64,000 bases of DNA from Chiloscyllium plagiosum (Eukaryota), in contig NC_057742.1 in the NCBI RefSeq assembly GCF_004010195.1, forward strand, positions 19,385,161 through 19,449,160, in the 5' to 3' direction. Both the position numbers and the translations under genes were made by a program. Below the pieces are notes generated by a model. The model was given only the letters and a program-made list of their open reading frames with translations. It ran no database searches and was not told the origin of the DNA. Below are positions 62,601 to 64,000 of the stretch, in pieces; the stretch's first letter is position 1; each line of letters begins with the position of its first letter.

Positions 62601-64000
62601 AAGACTTAACTTTTATGTGGTAAGCTTATTTTATATGAACTGTGCAAATTCACACCATTTCATCTGATTCCATTGTAGGCTAAATAGCAAGATACCATTT
62701 TCATAATGCTAATGAAAAATTATATTTTGATGAGTTTAAATGCAAAAATCTAAAAGTTATGACTACCCACTACTGTGAAATTGTTGTGATATTTGCACAT
62801 AATAGCGCAAGGTATATTTTATTGTTACCATTATTTAGTTCGACCGAAAGGTCGGTTTCCATGCTGTACATCTCTATGACTCTATTATGGGCCATGATGT
62901 TTACATCAGATTCCTTTCTTCACCATAATACTTTAGAAAAATAGTGATGCCTTTTAAATATCAACAGTTAAATTTGAAACTCGTGGAATTGAGGGCAAAC
63001 TATTGATCTGATTAAGAAATTGACTGAATGACAGGAGACAGAATAGGAAAAATAAATTGGTATTCTAATTCATAGCATGTGACTAAGTAGTGACCAACAG
63101 GATTTGTTTTGAGGCATCAGCTAGTCACCACGGTTATTAACAGTTTAACTGATGGGATAGAAAGCCGCATTATCCAAATTTGCTGATAAAACTCCATTGC
63201 CCACTTGTTTGGTCATTCCTGGAAAAAGTTAAATCTGATCTGTCAGCCTTGACTTACCCTTTTGAAAACCAAGCTAAATCTCTGATCAGCTGACAAAAAT
63301 CAACTTGTTTAGTTACACTATCCTTACATTATCAGTTCCATCAATTTACTGACTATACATGTTAGGGTAACTGGTCTATAACATGATGGTTCTCTGTTAC
63401 ATTCCTTAACTAGTGGAATGATGTGCCCAATTTTCCATTCTAAAAGGAAGTTTCCAAATTGAGCGAACTTTGCAAGAGTGCATCTGTGATCTTCTTGCAT
63501 AACAGTGTTCTTTAAACATTGGGACACAAATCTAGTCCTAAGGATTTGTCCTGTTTTAATTGCCTTTTTCTTCATTATGGTTATTTTTGTTAATTTTGTG
63601 GATCCGTGTTCTTAAGTCAATGTTAATTTCCTTGAAATATATGATAATTGACTTGCTCGGTTATAAATACTGATACAAAATTATTAGCATTACATTCATT
63701 TTCTAATTTTTATTGAAAGCTCATCTTGGTGATATTGTCAACGTGTCCACAGTGCTCCTGACCAGCATCATGTTGATTTTGAAATTACCACCAAGTTTCC
63801 TGTGGTACCCCTTGCCATTCTTTGCTGTTGTTATCTTTCCCATGCTCCAGGACCGTGCTATTTTTATGCCATTTTATCTGCTTTTCCTTTTGGCTTATGA
63901 TCGTCCTTTTGACAAATATTAGAAATATAAAGCAAAAAGAAAATCAGTGCAGAAAAAGAATACTCTGAACAATGTTGATTATAAAATATGCTAATTGTAG

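Overview
This is vertebrate nuclear DNA, almost certainly from a shark or ray: it carries many HE1-type V-SINEs and HER1/CR1 LINE fragments. There are two convergent spliced genes. NAGS (N-acetylglutamate synthase, + strand) is present as coding exons 2-7 (4369-35069), with exon 1 upstream of the window. TMEM101 (- strand) is complete in 4 coding exons (58668-49060, 255 aa), with a CpG-rich promoter and probably a long, TE-poor 3' UTR. The rest is mostly nested retroelement debris, which explains nearly all of the short ORFs in the track. The most striking non-genic signal is more than a dozen short Penelope-like-element (PLE) derivatives from several families. Most carry a minimal hammerhead-ribozyme core (CUGANGA-N-stem II-GAAA). 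Many are flanked by 12-17 bp target-site duplications (TSDs) and form fold-back palindromes with a 33-46 nt unpaired tail. One palindrome folds back exactly at the predicted ribozyme cleavage site, and one core lies in sense orientation in the putative TMEM101 3' UTR. Family assignments and comparisons with human proteins come from recall of consensus sequences, not database searches. Repeat boundaries are approximate unless a TSD is quoted.
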